Shown here: one piece after another, positions 9,786-19,729 of the stretch
How positions within the stretch are numbered: the stretch's first letter is position 1
Layout: each line of letters starts with the position of its first letter
The notes under the pieces: generated by a model
The model's input: the letters and a program-made list of their open reading frames with translations, nothing else
The model's database searches: none
What the model was told of the DNA's origin: nothing
Source of the DNA: an uncultured virus (IMG/VR IMGVR_UViG_3300031134_000596)
Lineage: Duplodnaviria; Heunggongvirae; Uroviricota; Caudoviricetes
DNA length: 64,000 nt
IMG/VR virus record: IMGVR_UViG_3300031134_000596
Strand: one strand, 5' to 3'
Made by a program: the position numbers and the translations under genes

Positions 9786-10358
9786 GTGAGCAAATTATAT
9801 TTCCGACATAGTGCAATGAATGCAGGTAAAAGCACAAATCTTCTTCAAGCTGCCTACAACTATGAAGAGCGTGGTCAGCGAGTTATTATCGCTAAACCCA
9901 GCATCGATACCAAAAGTGATCGTGTCTTATCTCGTTTAGGGGTGTCAGCTGAAGTGAACTGGCATGTGACGCCTGAAGTGGATGTCCGAGAGCTCCTTCG
10001 CCAGGAGACTTCCAAAGTGGACTGTATCCTTGTGGATGAAGCTCAATTCCTTTCACCCGAGCAGGTGGATCAGTTCTTCTACATTGCAGTCCAGGAAGAC
10101 ATTCCGGTTTTAGCTTACGGAATTCGTAGCGACTTTGCTACAAAATCTTTCCCTGGTTCGATGCGTCTTCTGGAGATTGCTCATTCCTTGGAGGAGATGA
10201 AAACCATCTGCCGTTGTGGACGTAAAGCGTTGTTCAACGGCAGAAAAATCGATGGTGAATTCGTCAAAGAAGGTTCCCAGGTAGCTATCGATGGCCAGCA
10301 AGCTGAATATGAATCACTCTGCGGAAACTGCTACATCAAATTCTTAGGCTGGTCATAA
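9786..10358 (+). CDS. tdk: Thymidine kinase
   Basis: SAMNAGKST, ILVDEAQFL, YGIRSDF, C-terminal CRCG...C..C; GTG start just after a TAGAAT -10 (probably leaderless). Confidence 0.95.
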   Translation: MSKLYFRHSAMNAGKSTNLLQAAYNYEERGQRVIIAKPSIDTKSDRVLSRLGVSAEVNWHVTPEVDVRELLRQETSKVDCILVDEAQFLSPEQVDQFFYIAVQEDIPVLAYGIRSDFATKSFPGSMRLLEIAHSLEEMKTICRCGRKALFNGRKIDGEFVKEGSQVAIDGQQAEYESLCGNCYIKFLGWS

Positions 10359-10450
10359 CTAAACCAGCAACAGATAGCCAAGGCTAATCCGAATCTGGCT
10401 TCTCTGCATGCAACACACATAAGGATGTATGACATCCGTTAGGAAGCGAA

Positions 10451-10897
10451 ATGAAAATTGAGAAAAGCGTCTACTACTATTTGGAAAACAAGTACATTGT
10501 TTTGTTACATAGGCAATCTAATGATTTTTCTGTTACCTTGAAAATGTGGGAAGTGAACAGTTGGTCATATGATGAAGATAACAACACCCAGCCCATCTGG
10601 GATGAGGCAACTTTCTGTTTTGAACTGTATCGTAGAGCTGACGGTAAAACGTTCTATAACTTCGGATCAGAACCAGTTTACTCCGAACCTGAGGTTTTTG
10701 CTGAAGGTATCAAGCTTGCTGCTCATGTAGCTGATTTGTTCATACTGCAAGAACGACCTAAAGAGTACATCCCACAATCAGATTGGGTTTACGATCCAGA
10801 AAAGAAAAAGATTAGGTTAGTCCCTATTGATTTCAAAGGTGACGACCTTTACACCTTGTTTCCCTCTTTCTATGAAGAAGATTATATGGTAGAATGA
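10451..10897 (+). CDS. Hypothetical protein
   Basis: 148-aa ORF with SD AGGA. Confidence 0.6.
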   Translation: MKIEKSVYYYLENKYIVLLHRQSNDFSVTLKMWEVNSWSYDEDNNTQPIWDEATFCFELYRRADGKTFYNFGSEPVYSEPEVFAEGIKLAAHVADLFILQERPKEYIPQSDWVYDPEKKKIRLVPIDFKGDDLYTLFPSFYEEDYMVE

Positions 10898-10936
10898 GTT
10901 TATCGTTTCATTCTGAACATAAAGGATTTGCAATTC

Positions 10937-11416
10937 ATGTCTTCTTCTGAGTACATTCGCCCTGACCAGGCTTCGTTTGCGGTTCACACGGGAGCGTTCT
11001 ACTTCCGTAGCCTGGAGCAGGCTCGACTTGTTGGTCAGATGATTGACCACATTGCCACTGAGTCCAACGGTGTTCTTGCTGGGACGCAGCGTTTCGTGTA
11101 CCTGCAGGAGATTGGCGGGGGCCGCCCAGCTCTGTACCCTGCCCAGGCTGACCGCTCGAAGATTACTCGTGGTCAGCAGGAAGTCAGTGCTCGTTTGGGT
11201 TCACTTGTCAAGAACCTCCGTAGTGCAATTCCTGAGCTGGCTGAGGTTGACTTCCTCGAAGAGGTCATGATTCTTGATAACCGCGACTGGACAATCGACT
11301 ACCAGCGTCTGTTCTCGAACATTGCTGAGCATGTCGACCGTGCAGCCACCCTGCCTGTGTTCAAGGATGCGGTCGCTCTGACACTTCAGAACGAAGCTCT
11401 ACGTGGAGTGAAGTAA
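10937..11416 (+). CDS. Hypothetical protein
   Basis: ORF with SD AAAGGA, in an operon with the PcfJ-like gene. Confidence 0.6.
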   Translation: MSSSEYIRPDQASFAVHTGAFYFRSLEQARLVGQMIDHIATESNGVLAGTQRFVYLQEIGGGRPALYPAQADRSKITRGQQEVSARLGSLVKNLRSAIPELAEVDFLEEVMILDNRDWTIDYQRLFSNIAEHVDRAATLPVFKDAVALTLQNEALRGVK

Positions 11417-11419
11417 CCC

Positions 11420-13105
11420 ATGCCTGACCAAATTATTGCTACCGTCCCAGAGACTGCTGGAGACCCAGGAGTTTCACTCTTTGATTTACTGAATATGCCT
11501 AAAGGGATTTCAGACCCTCTAATTTTTGTGAAACCTGGAAAAGCTGAGCAGGCAGTTGAAGGCAAAGACCCTAACTATCTGTACTTTGAAGACGCAAAGC
11601 CAGTCAAGTCATCAGACAAGGGTGACATTTATGCGTATCCCAGCAGATACCACGGAAAGTCAGAATCCGGCTTTCCTTTGGAGTCCACTGATCTTTACGT
11701 GAACGATAAAACAGTGATTGTCAAAACTGTTTCTCATTCAGAAGGCGTTTCAAAGACAGACAAGAAATGGCATCGGTGGCAGACCACACGAACCATCGTG
11801 TTTTCGCTGAAACAAGAGCGTTTTGGCATGCCTCATCTTCGCATTTACGAAATTCTTCCCAAACGAAAGACTCGACACCGGACTTTTAGAGATGTATCTA
11901 GGTCCTACAACATTCCCCAGCTGCACACAAGTTGGTCTATGTCCCGCAAGGATATAGATCATATTCAGCATGCAATAGCCGGTAAAGTTTATGTCGGGTC
12001 CAAAGAGGATAGTTATGCTGGTGGTGTAGACTCCAGTGCTGCCTACTACCATGCTTTGTACCATGTAGTACGCAAGTACAGAGAGCTTGGCGGCGCCATC
12101 GACCTATCCGCTATTGATTCTAAGAATCTATTCACCTTCTTAGCTTATCCGAGTCTTCGAATGTTCCAGTCTTCCAATTTGAAGAACATTGCCTTTGCTG
12201 TGCAAGCTAACAGCTCAGCTTGGTTGCATGAGCCAGATGTTCGTGTGTTTGTACGAAAAGTTTTCGGTAAAAAAGCTGTCCGTAAAGATGTCATCAAAGC
12301 TGTAGCTAAAACAACTGATGCTTTAGCTATCAGCATCTGCAGTTACATCAAAAACTATGTACCTGCAGACTGGATTAGGGATTTGCTGAACGACCCAGAT
12401 AAGTACCGTCTTATCACACCAGCAAAAACTCGTGCAGTGTGGGACACTCCTTCCGAGGTTCTTTACCCTGAACTGAAGAAACTTTTCAAGAACGCCTCTG
12501 AACATGAGAAACGTAAACTTGTCTTCCTCCCTGCAGATGATGACAAAAACAGTGAAAGGATGTTCACAGACTCTTTGTTGTCGTTGTCCAAAATTTCAGA
12601 AGAAGACCTGGTTGAGAATTGGAAAGTTCTCGATTTTACAAACTGGAAAACTCTTCATGACAAGTTAGCTATTGTCCATCGAAACATCAAAATCAAACCT
12701 GTCCCAATTCCTCAGGACGGTCTCACTGGGCTGCTTGATAGAAAGACCTTCCAGGGATTGAATCCTGAGGGTGAAGAAAAAACTTACACCATCGCATCCC
12801 CTAAAGTGAACCATGACTTGTACGAATGGGGTAACGAGATGAGCAACTGTATCGCCAGTTACAATGATAGAGTACTCAGGAATGAAACTTACGTGTTCGC
12901 TGTGTATGAAGGTAAGACACTGTTCGCCAATATCGAAATTTACGGTGAACGAGTACGACAGTTCTACGCAAAATACAACGGACGAGTTGAACCACATCTT
13001 CACACAGCTTTGCAAACTGTCTTGGATTCCACCTTGCTTGAACTCAGAGCTCAGGAAGAAGCAGCTGAGAAGAAGAAAAAATCTAAGCGAAAATCAGCTG
13101 TTTGA
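11420..13105 (+). CDS. PcfJ-domain protein
   Basis: C-terminal LHDKL ... DLYEWGNEMSNCIASY ... VRQFYAKYN. Confidence 0.75.
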   Translation: MPDQIIATVPETAGDPGVSLFDLLNMPKGISDPLIFVKPGKAEQAVEGKDPNYLYFEDAKPVKSSDKGDIYAYPSRYHGKSESGFPLESTDLYVNDKTVIVKTVSHSEGVSKTDKKWHRWQTTRTIVFSLKQERFGMPHLRIYEILPKRKTRHRTFRDVSRSYNIPQLHTSWSMSRKDIDHIQHAIAGKVYVGSKEDSYAGGVDSSAAYYHALYHVVRKYRELGGAIDLSAIDSKNLFTFLAYPSLRMFQSSNLKNIAFAVQANSSAWLHEPDVRVFVRKVFGKKAVRKDVIKAVAKTTDALAISICSYIKNYVPADWIRDLLNDPDKYRLITPAKTRAVWDTPSEVLYPELKKLFKNASEHEKRKLVFLPADDDKNSERMFTDSLLSLSKISEEDLVENWKVLDFTNWKTLHDKLAIVHRNIKIKPVPIPQDGLTGLLDRKTFQGLNPEGEEKTYTIASPKVNHDLYEWGNEMSNCIASYNDRVLRNETYVFAVYEGKTLFANIEIYGERVRQFYAKYNGRVEPHLHTALQTVLDSTLLELRAQEEAAEKKKKSKRKSAV

Positions 13106-13159
13106 GTTGTAAATGTCAGAGGTCCTTGATACAGTGTAGCTACTGAACAAGGAGAGATT

Positions 13160-13633
13160 ATGACTAACGTGGACTACTCGAAGCATGTAGCAGCTGCATA
13201 CATTGACGAAGCTGTCGCTGACGGCTGGACTGTCAGTGTTGGACCCTGGGGTTCCAGAGAGGATGACAACACTGTCATCCTTCGCAGAGAGGTTCCTGAG
13301 CTGGACGGTTACTTCAACATCTGGGCGGTGGACCGTGCAATGGGCTTCCCTGGTCAGAAAGCTGTACTTGACCGGCACATCTCTGGATGGTTTGTCGAGT
13401 ACACGGAAGGTGACTTCCGAGCTGACCGTGAACAGGCTTTGAGCTTGAAGCCCACCTTGCTCTCGGAAGAGTACGACATGAATGTGTTCCTGTCTGCTGC
13501 TAACAAGTGTCCTCAGTGTGGAATTCAGGTTCCTGCTAACCAGTTGACTGGCGTATCTTTTGCCAGTGCAGCATGCGATGCTTGCCTTCCTGCTGCACGT
13601 CAGCGGCTTGAACCTGCTGGTTGGTACAACTAA
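13160..13633 (+). CDS. Phage-like protein with C-terminal CxxC..CxxC zinc finger
   Basis: CPQC ... CDAC ... EPAGWYN; SD AGGAGAGA. Confidence 0.7.
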   Translation: MTNVDYSKHVAAAYIDEAVADGWTVSVGPWGSREDDNTVILRREVPELDGYFNIWAVDRAMGFPGQKAVLDRHISGWFVEYTEGDFRADREQALSLKPTLLSEEYDMNVFLSAANKCPQCGIQVPANQLTGVSFASAACDACLPAARQRLEPAGWYN

Positions 13634-13730
13634 CTTCTGTGCCTTACAAAAACCCCTGCTGAGATGCAGGGTTTTTGTGTTTAAGCCGATAGTTTCATCA
13701 GGAAACATCCAGAAGAAAGGCATGTTGGAA

Positions 13731-13958
13731 ATGGCTGACATGGACAACTACATTCCCTCCGAGAATGAAATTGACGAAGTGCTCACGCAATACGATTCAT
13801 GGTTGCAAGAAGAGTACGAAACTCATGGCGACCCTGTTGTTGCAATCGACAGAGCGACCGAAAGAGTTACCAGCTCTTCCTCCCACAAAGTCTTCTTCTG
13901 GGTCGCAGAAAATGATAATGCTCGTATCTACGATGTTGATGATACAATAGTCAAATGA
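13731..13958 (+). CDS. Hypothetical acidic protein
   Basis: ATG at 13731 after GAAAGG; coupled to the next gene. Confidence 0.5.
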   Translation: MADMDNYIPSENEIDEVLTQYDSWLQEEYETHGDPVVAIDRATERVTSSSSHKVFFWVAENDNARIYDVDDTIVK

Positions 13959-14365
13959 CTAATTTCTTCAAAGGTGAGTATGACCACGAAGCACAAGCAA
14001 GTTACCTAAAGTTCTGTGACTGTGCAGTAGAACACACGGCTGATTACACACTGTCAACAAATTATGTAATGTTGGCTGACTACGGAGTCCCTGCCCATGG
14101 AGCTCAAGAGCATATCATCGGTGTCGAGTTCTTAGCCAACCCAAATGATGAGAAGCAACTGCGTGAAGATTTAGAGCTGCTGGAACTCACTGATGAGCAG
14201 AAGGCTCTCATTGTGGCAGCTCGTGTCTGGTTCCCCCAGGAAGAAGCTGAAGAAAAAGAGGAAGCTTTGAGACAGCTTGTTGCGAATGACCCTCAGACGG
14301 TAGAGGCTCACAAAAAGATGCACAGCAACCCTGAGCTATTCACGTCGGCAGCTGATTTACCCTGA
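13955..14365 (+). CDS. DUF2283-like protein
   Basis: YDHEAQASYLKF ... ADY ... IIGVEFL. Confidence 0.5.
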   Translation: MTNFFKGEYDHEAQASYLKFCDCAVEHTADYTLSTNYVMLADYGVPAHGAQEHIIGVEFLANPNDEKQLREDLELLELTDEQKALIVAARVWFPQEEAEEKEEALRQLVANDPQTVEAHKKMHSNPELFTSAADLP

Positions 14366-14374
14366 CTTGCATTA

Positions 14375-14418
14375 AATGAAGAACCCCTCACCTGAAACAT
14401 GGTGAGGGGTTCTTCATT
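14375..14418. terminator. Bidirectional intrinsic terminator
   Basis: 18-bp inverted repeat between convergent genes. Confidence 0.8.
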
Positions 14419-14423
14419 GTTAG

Positions 14424-14681
14424 TTACTCAGCGAGGTAGTCACCGAGGACGAGGTTGATGGCTTCGTCCAAATCAGTGGTCACTTGGACATCCTTGGCGT
14501 AGAACTCCGGGGAGAACTTCGGCCAACGCTCACCGAACTGTGCCTTCATTCGAGACTCAGCGATGTCGCTAAGACGAACGATAACATCCTCAGCAATAGC
14601 CGGGGACACAGCGATGATGAAGCGGTCTGAACCTTCCATCTCAAGCGGCTCTGCGGCAAAAATTAGACTAATCGTTTCCAT
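14424..14681 (-). CDS. Hypothetical protein, probably leaderless
   Basis: TTGACA-17-TAGTGT promoter ends 7 nt before ATG. Confidence 0.65.
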   Translation of the reverse strand: METISLIFAAEPLEMEGSDRFIIAVSPAIAEDVIVRLSDIAESRMKAQFGERWPKFSPEFYAKDVQVTTDLDEAINLVLGDYLAE

Positions 14682-14719
14682 GAGGTAAACACTACCTCAT
14701 GGAAACGATTATGTCAAGC

Positions 14720-15484
14720 TTAGAAAAGCTTCAGGAAGTCCTGCTCCATGTAAGCTCGCGTGGCGTCCTTGGACACCCAACGGCTTCGAGTGACAGTCGT
14801 CGGAGCATCAGCAGGGCGACGCACACCTGCAGGAACAGCCTGGGCTGCATCCTGCTCGAACGTCTCCTTGAACGCCACACGACCGTTGAAGAAGCCCTCA
14901 GGAAGCTTCTCGTAAGGCGTACCCTCCAGAAGCCGCAGACGGTCCTTGGAGGAGACACTCATCAGGCTCTTGTGGGAGTGCAGCACGTTAGCTGCCATCG
15001 TCACAGCGTTCTTCTGAGCATCGAAACGACGCCAACGCACGTACTCATCCACCTCGTCCACATCAGCAAGCGTGTGAACACGAGCATCGAACACAGGAAT
15101 CTGACCGACTCCATCAAACTTAAGAGCCTGCATGAACAGAGCAGTCACAGTTGCAGCACCGATGGAAAGCATCTTGTCGACACGACCACCGAACCACATC
15201 TGGCTGTTTTCACCAGCAAGGTCTGAGAAGACGATGCTGATTTCATCCGACTGAGTGTAACCAGCGATGGCTCCAGGGATGGTCGCAGCCATCTTACGGG
15301 TCACTTCGTCCATGACGCCCATGAAGTTCAGGTCGTAAGGCTTCTCGAAACGCTTGGTGAACGTGGAGAAGTTCTTACCGTCAAAACGGATGACAGCGTA
15401 AGTCTTCTCAGGGAGGTAGCGGAAAGAGTCCTTCTCCAGACCCTTGAACTTCACTCCATCAGGGAGCATGTTGTTATCAGACAT
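14720..15484 (-). CDS. thg1: tRNA-His guanylyltransferase Thg1-like (3'-5' polymerase)
   Basis: VIRFDGKNFSTFT, YTQSDEISI, WFGGRVDK, PVFDAR, WRRFDAQKN. Confidence 0.92.
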   Translation of the reverse strand: MSDNNMLPDGVKFKGLEKDSFRYLPEKTYAVIRFDGKNFSTFTKRFEKPYDLNFMGVMDEVTRKMAATIPGAIAGYTQSDEISIVFSDLAGENSQMWFGGRVDKMLSIGAATVTALFMQALKFDGVGQIPVFDARVHTLADVDEVDEYVRWRRFDAQKNAVTMAANVLHSHKSLMSVSSKDRLRLLEGTPYEKLPEGFFNGRVAFKETFEQDAAQAVPAGVRRPADAPTTVTRSRWVSKDATRAYMEQDFLKLF

Positions 15485-15794
15485 TAGCCTTCTCTTCTGT
15501 GTTGCGTGCCATGAGCTGAAGCCATAGCAGGTCATAAGTTCCTGAATCGACAAGCATTCGCTCATCGTTGTTCAAATCGTACACGTAAAACGCTCCGATG
15601 TCCAGCTGCTTGTCTGCAGGGAAAGCGTCATACCATGCAGCAAACTCGTCAAGAGTGTCCCAGCCGTCCAGACCAGGGAACATGCAGCGACCGTTCTCGT
15701 CATTGTCCGTGACGTTTTCGCCGTGAATCTCTTCGTCAAGGTAAGAGTCCCAGCCGGCAGCATAAGCGTAGTAACGCTTCTCATCAGTAGTCAT
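15477..15794 (-). CDS. Hypothetical acidic protein
   Basis: ORF directly after a TTGACA-17-TAATGT promoter, overlapping the thg1 start. Confidence 0.65.
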   Translation of the reverse strand: MTTDEKRYYAYAAGWDSYLDEEIHGENVTDNDENGRCMFPGLDGWDTLDEFAAWYDAFPADKQLDIGAFYVYDLNNDERMLVDSGTYDLLWLQLMARNTEEKANV

Positions 15795-15842
15795 GAAGAG
15801 AACATTACCAGTTTATGCATTCTCTGTCAAACCTTTTAGAGG

Positions 15843-16493
15843 TTAGCTTCTGGGAGTCAGTCTTCTCTGCCAAAGCATGGGAACCTCAATGTAGGTTTCT
15901 GAATTCTCAGACCATTCAACTTTTAGTCCTTGGTCTTTCAAAGCATCGAACACTTTACGTGCGACAGCTTTACTTCCTTCTTCACTGCTGGGAATGGAAT
16001 TGAAGTATAAGAGCAAACCTCGATGGGAGTCATACGCTTTTTCGCTGGACTGCTCGTTGTAGAACACATACCCTTCAGCGTCAGGATACATTCCTTTTTC
16101 AGCTTTGGTCTCGTAATCGACCCAGGCACAAGAGTTACAACACCATTCATCGTGATGTCCAACAATGGTGGGTGCCAACTGTGCATAAGCTGCGTCAAGT
16201 CGATCATTGTCTGTTTCGAATGGCCATGTTTGTTGTTTCAGTACTTCTTTGTCCCAAATTTTTTCAGCCATGGCAGGAGCAACAGCTGCTGCAACTTCTA
16301 ACAGCTCAGCAGAAACATCTTCATATTCACTATAGTCCAAATCGTTTGCCTGAGCTAACTCTTCCAGATAATCAGGGAAGTAATCTGGTCGCTCGGTGAG
16401 TGCTTTAAGGAACTCCTCATAAGAAGGAGCAGCCCTTGCCAAATAATCCGAAGGAGTAGTGAAGAACAAAGGATCAGGAAGCTGATAATCCAT
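15843..16493 (-). CDS. DUF6891-like protein
   Basis: NDRLDAAYAQL ... WCCNSC ... GYVFYNEQ ... LKVEW. Confidence 0.6.
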   Translation of the reverse strand: MDYQLPDPLFFTTPSDYLARAAPSYEEFLKALTERPDYFPDYLEELAQANDLDYSEYEDVSAELLEVAAAVAPAMAEKIWDKEVLKQQTWPFETDNDRLDAAYAQLAPTIVGHHDEWCCNSCAWVDYETKAEKGMYPDAEGYVFYNEQSSEKAYDSHRGLLLYFNSIPSSEEGSKAVARKVFDALKDQGLKVEWSENSETYIEVPMLWQRRLTPRS

Positions 16494-16710
16494 GAGTAAA
16501 GCCTTTCAAATAGTATGTTCAATTATCTCACATGAACCTCAGCTAAGCCTAAAAACCGTTTTTGACTTTACAGTTGACAACACGAAACACTCCATGCTAT
16601 AGTGAAGTTATGACATTCTACTAGACATTTATTCAGTACCTGGATTCTTCCTGATGCCTGATGAGATACTCAAACCATTTCATCTAACATCTAATCAAAG
16701 GAAAAATACC

Positions 16711-17307
16711 ATGTCCCAGAACAACTTCCCCCTGTACGATATTGCCGTTAAGTCGATTGAGATTCAGAACGAGCAGTACAAGTATGAGCAGGAGCAGCAC
16801 AAGCAGAAGCGTGAGTACGAAAGCCGACTCGCGGAATGCCAGGCTGAGCTTGCAGTCCAGATTTCGAACTACAACATTGTTGTCACTAACACCCTGAACA
16901 AGTTCCAGAGTGAACCTGGCATTGTTTCTCGTGTGAGCGCCGAACTCTACATCCCTCGTGATGCTGTCATTGTGAAGGTCTACACGCCTTACACTGCTAC
17001 AGAGCATCACTACGTTTTCCAGACTGGCTACGGCGAGAAGAAGATTCCTGTTTCGCTGTTCAAGAACGACCCCATCAAGGTTGCCCAGTACACGCGAAAG
17101 CTTGTTCGTCAGTACCAGGCTGAAGCTCGCCGTGCTGAGTTGAATAACTTGCAGGTGACTCAGGCTGCTGCTGAGAAGCAGCTTGCTAAGGCTCAGGCTG
17201 AAGCCAACGAAGCTGCACGTGAGGTTGAGCGTGTTGCTGCCCGTATTGAAGCTCAGAAGAAGCGTGAAGCGAAGAAGGCTGCACGTCAGACAGCTGTGAC
17301 AGCTTAA
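16711..17307 (+). CDS. Coiled-coil hypothetical protein
   Basis: SD AAAGGA, upstream TTGACA..TATAGT promoter, Ala/Glu/Lys-rich C-terminal helix. Confidence 0.7.
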   Translation: MSQNNFPLYDIAVKSIEIQNEQYKYEQEQHKQKREYESRLAECQAELAVQISNYNIVVTNTLNKFQSEPGIVSRVSAELYIPRDAVIVKVYTPYTATEHHYVFQTGYGEKKIPVSLFKNDPIKVAQYTRKLVRQYQAEARRAELNNLQVTQAAAEKQLAKAQAEANEAAREVERVAARIEAQKKREAKKAARQTAVTA

Positions 17308-17453
17308 CTGAACAGTAAAAGGTCGGAACGAATCGTAACTGATTTGTTCCGACCTTTTTGTTTGTCATTTTCGAAGTCGCCGGCGACGAAATTTTGCGGC
17401 AAAAAGAAGAGGCTAACCTCCGTACTGCAAAGTTAGCCTCTTCTTTTTGGGTT

Positions 17454-18278
17454 CTATACGTTGCGGTTGAACACAGCGTAAAGAGCGTCAGTCTCTCGAA
17501 CGAAGTCCTCAGCGACATGACCAGCAGTGAACCGCTTACGGGCGTGACGGGAGATGCTGTCAGCGATGTTGTTCAGGCGGTGGGCACGGTGACCCTTCAC
17601 CCACTCAACCGTAACAGCACGGCTGTTCACAACCTCCATCGTAGCCTTAGCCATGCTGACAAGACCATACTTGCGAGCCTCACGAGGGACGATGCCCTCA
17701 ACAAGGTCGTAGTTGAACATGTCAACTGCGTTCGCACTGTCAGAGAAGATGTGGATACGACGAGCAGTGCTGTCAGCGTTAGCGACAACAGCGTTCATGA
17801 TGCCCTCAAACTCAGAGACGTTCACGTTCACAAGACCAGAGTCACCGAAATCGTAACCACCGTTCACACCGTCAGAGCACCAAGCCCAAGCTGCAGGGAT
17901 GTTCGTAACACCGTCAGGGCTGAGGTGACCACCCGAAGCGTCAGAGCCGATGTAAAGGATGTTCTGGTTCACCCGACGACGAGGAGCCGTCTGCTCGAAA
18001 GCACGGTCGAAGAACGTGTTCACGCTCGACTCCGTGATAGGCATGAAGTGAGCCTTAGGGAACAGGACAAGCATGTTGTCCCGCGTCTGGGCGTTCATCT
18101 GAGGGGAGATGACAGTGATGTCCTCACCAGTGGAACGGACAAGGAACTCAATGACAGTACCCATCTGAACGGTAAGGTCGCCGTCAGGTGCCGTCATCGT
18201 ACCCTTGCCGTGGTCCGACAGGTACGCCCAGTCCGAACGGGTGTTTCGCATCTTGCGGATGAATACTACGCTGGTCAT
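17454..18278 (-). CDS. RNase H (type I)-like domain protein with N-terminal extension
   Basis: IGSDAS, NVSEFEG, IFSDS, WVKGH, NNIAD = D-E-D-H-D catalytic set. Confidence 0.85.
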   Translation of the reverse strand: MTSVVFIRKMRNTRSDWAYLSDHGKGTMTAPDGDLTVQMGTVIEFLVRSTGEDITVISPQMNAQTRDNMLVLFPKAHFMPITESSVNTFFDRAFEQTAPRRRVNQNILYIGSDASGGHLSPDGVTNIPAAWAWCSDGVNGGYDFGDSGLVNVNVSEFEGIMNAVVANADSTARRIHIFSDSANAVDMFNYDLVEGIVPREARKYGLVSMAKATMEVVNSRAVTVEWVKGHRAHRLNNIADSISRHARKRFTAGHVAEDFVRETDALYAVFNRNV

Positions 18279-18334
18279 TGGGTTCCCCTTTCTCTTGTCT
18301 GAAGCATAGCACAGGAAAAAGAAGGAAGCAACAC

Positions 18335-18442
18335 CTAATTGTTGGAAAGAATGATGATGGCTTCAGTCTCAGTGGACAGGTAAGAGTTCTGGTGGGTTGC
18401 TACTGCTGGTGTTGCTGGGTTTTGGTTTGTGTTCTCAGACAC
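18335..18442 (-). CDS. 35-aa small peptide (not in the ORF track)
   Basis: AAAGGAAAATC-GTG; MSENTNQNPATPAVATHQNSYLSTETEAIIILSNN*. Confidence 0.5.
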   Translation of the reverse strand: MSENTNQNPATPAVATHQNSYLSTETEAIIILSNN

Positions 18443-18534
18443 GATTTTCCTTTGGATTGCGGTTGATTTCCCTACATCTTTGGAAGGTTTGGTTCAGAGG
18501 TTCACTGTTTTTATCGGTCACCCATTGTTACTTC

Positions 18535-18918
18535 TCAAGCAGGAAGCCCATTCAGCATTTTACAGATGCTTGCAGCTTGCGTTTCAAACTCTTCAGCTGT
18601 AAGTGTGTGAAGAGTGCAGGAGGTTTTACCGCCAGCATCAGCAGAATTCCAAACAATATCAGGAAGCTTACCTCGGAGGATCACTTCCTCCATCCTCGTG
18701 ACATAGTACTTCTGTCTAAGTGAACTGTAGAAGACGTTTCCCCTAAAAGCTACATAGTGCAGTTCAGGACCGTCAACCAGTTCAATTTTGGCAACATAGT
18801 ACAATGACCGGGAGTGCGGACGGTTTTTGAGGTCAGCAAAGTCCTGTGCGACTGCTTTGTCTACAAAGATTTTCTGAATGTCGGTGTGGACTTCGTATTC
18901 GTGCAGCACAATAAACAT
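18535..18918 (-). CDS. Hypothetical protein (family shared with 19730-21316)
   Basis: IF.DKAVAQDFADLKN motif; TTGACT..TATAGT promoter. Confidence 0.6.
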   Translation of the reverse strand: MFIVLHEYEVHTDIQKIFVDKAVAQDFADLKNRPHSRSLYYVAKIELVDGPELHYVAFRGNVFYSSLRQKYYVTRMEEVILRGKLPDIVWNSADAGGKTSCTLHTLTAEEFETQAASICKMLNGLPA

Positions 18919-19001
18919 GTTTTCTCTTTCCTAAAACAATGGGTTGACCAACTATACCATGAGCAGGTAAGGTCAGTCAACCCATTGGATGCAGTTGAGA
19001 G

Positions 19002-19703
19002 TCAGTTCTTTCGAAGTAGCTCATGCTGCAGGTCTGAAGCTGCGTTGTAAGCATTGGCTGTGTAGATAGCTTTCAAATTCTTGTCTGAATTATCAGCTCC
19101 GTTGAATCTCGACATAGCAGACAGGCTTCCCCACTGTCGGTCAAAATCGATACGGCCACGGTCTTTTACCCTGTTCAGGTAAGAATGGAACTGTTCCTCT
19201 GAGTAGCCTCGTTGAATTCCAGCTTGAACATATTCGAGAGCTGATGTCAGCTTCATTACTGTGTCAAGTCGCCCTGGTTTGTTACGGTCTTTCTGCATTT
19301 TGTACTCAGCTTCATACCTTAGAATAAGGGTATTAGCTTTATCGAAGTATACTTTTTGATCTTCAGTAGGCTGAAGACCATTGTAACCATAACTTGCAGA
19401 ATTTTGATTACGAAGCAAAGCTTTAAAATAGGATGAATCCACAACACTGGCTCTACCTGACAGGAACTTGTATCCAGGTGCTTTTATCTGGTCCAGGTTG
19501 CCAGCATTATCCTGCTCTTCGATTTTCTTGTACTGACGTTTCTTCTTCTGAACAGCAGCAACTTCAAGCTTCGCTGTTTCATAGGCATCATAGTCACCAT
19601 TCTCTACTGCTTCATCAAGACGGATGAAAGCTCCATGGTAGCGACAGGCTGCTGGCTGCTTAGCGCGGCAAGGGTAGTCTGGTTTCAATGCACTATTACT
19701 CAT
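19002..19703 (-). CDS. Protein with N-terminal CRAKxPxxCRxHG motif
   Basis: CRAKQPAACRYHG. Confidence 0.7.
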   Translation of the reverse strand: MSNSALKPDYPCRAKQPAACRYHGAFIRLDEAVENGDYDAYETAKLEVAAVQKKKRQYKKIEEQDNAGNLDQIKAPGYKFLSGRASVVDSSYFKALLRNQNSASYGYNGLQPTEDQKVYFDKANTLILRYEAEYKMQKDRNKPGRLDTVMKLTSALEYVQAGIQRGYSEEQFHSYLNRVKDRGRIDFDRQWGSLSAMSRFNGADNSDKNLKAIYTANAYNAASDLQHELLRKN

Positions 19704-19729
19704 ACCTTATATCTAACAACTGTTTTGGG

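Noticed and set aside
16658..16676. CTGATGAG-ATA-CTC-AAAC resembling a hammerhead ribozyme core
   Set aside because: It lacks the invariant GAAA, and I found no convincing stems I and III
17358..18302. Long antisense ORFs (also 41383-42129, 42220-42921, 14699-15226, 52499-53035)
   Set aside because: Shadows of real genes on the opposite strand, with no motifs or SD
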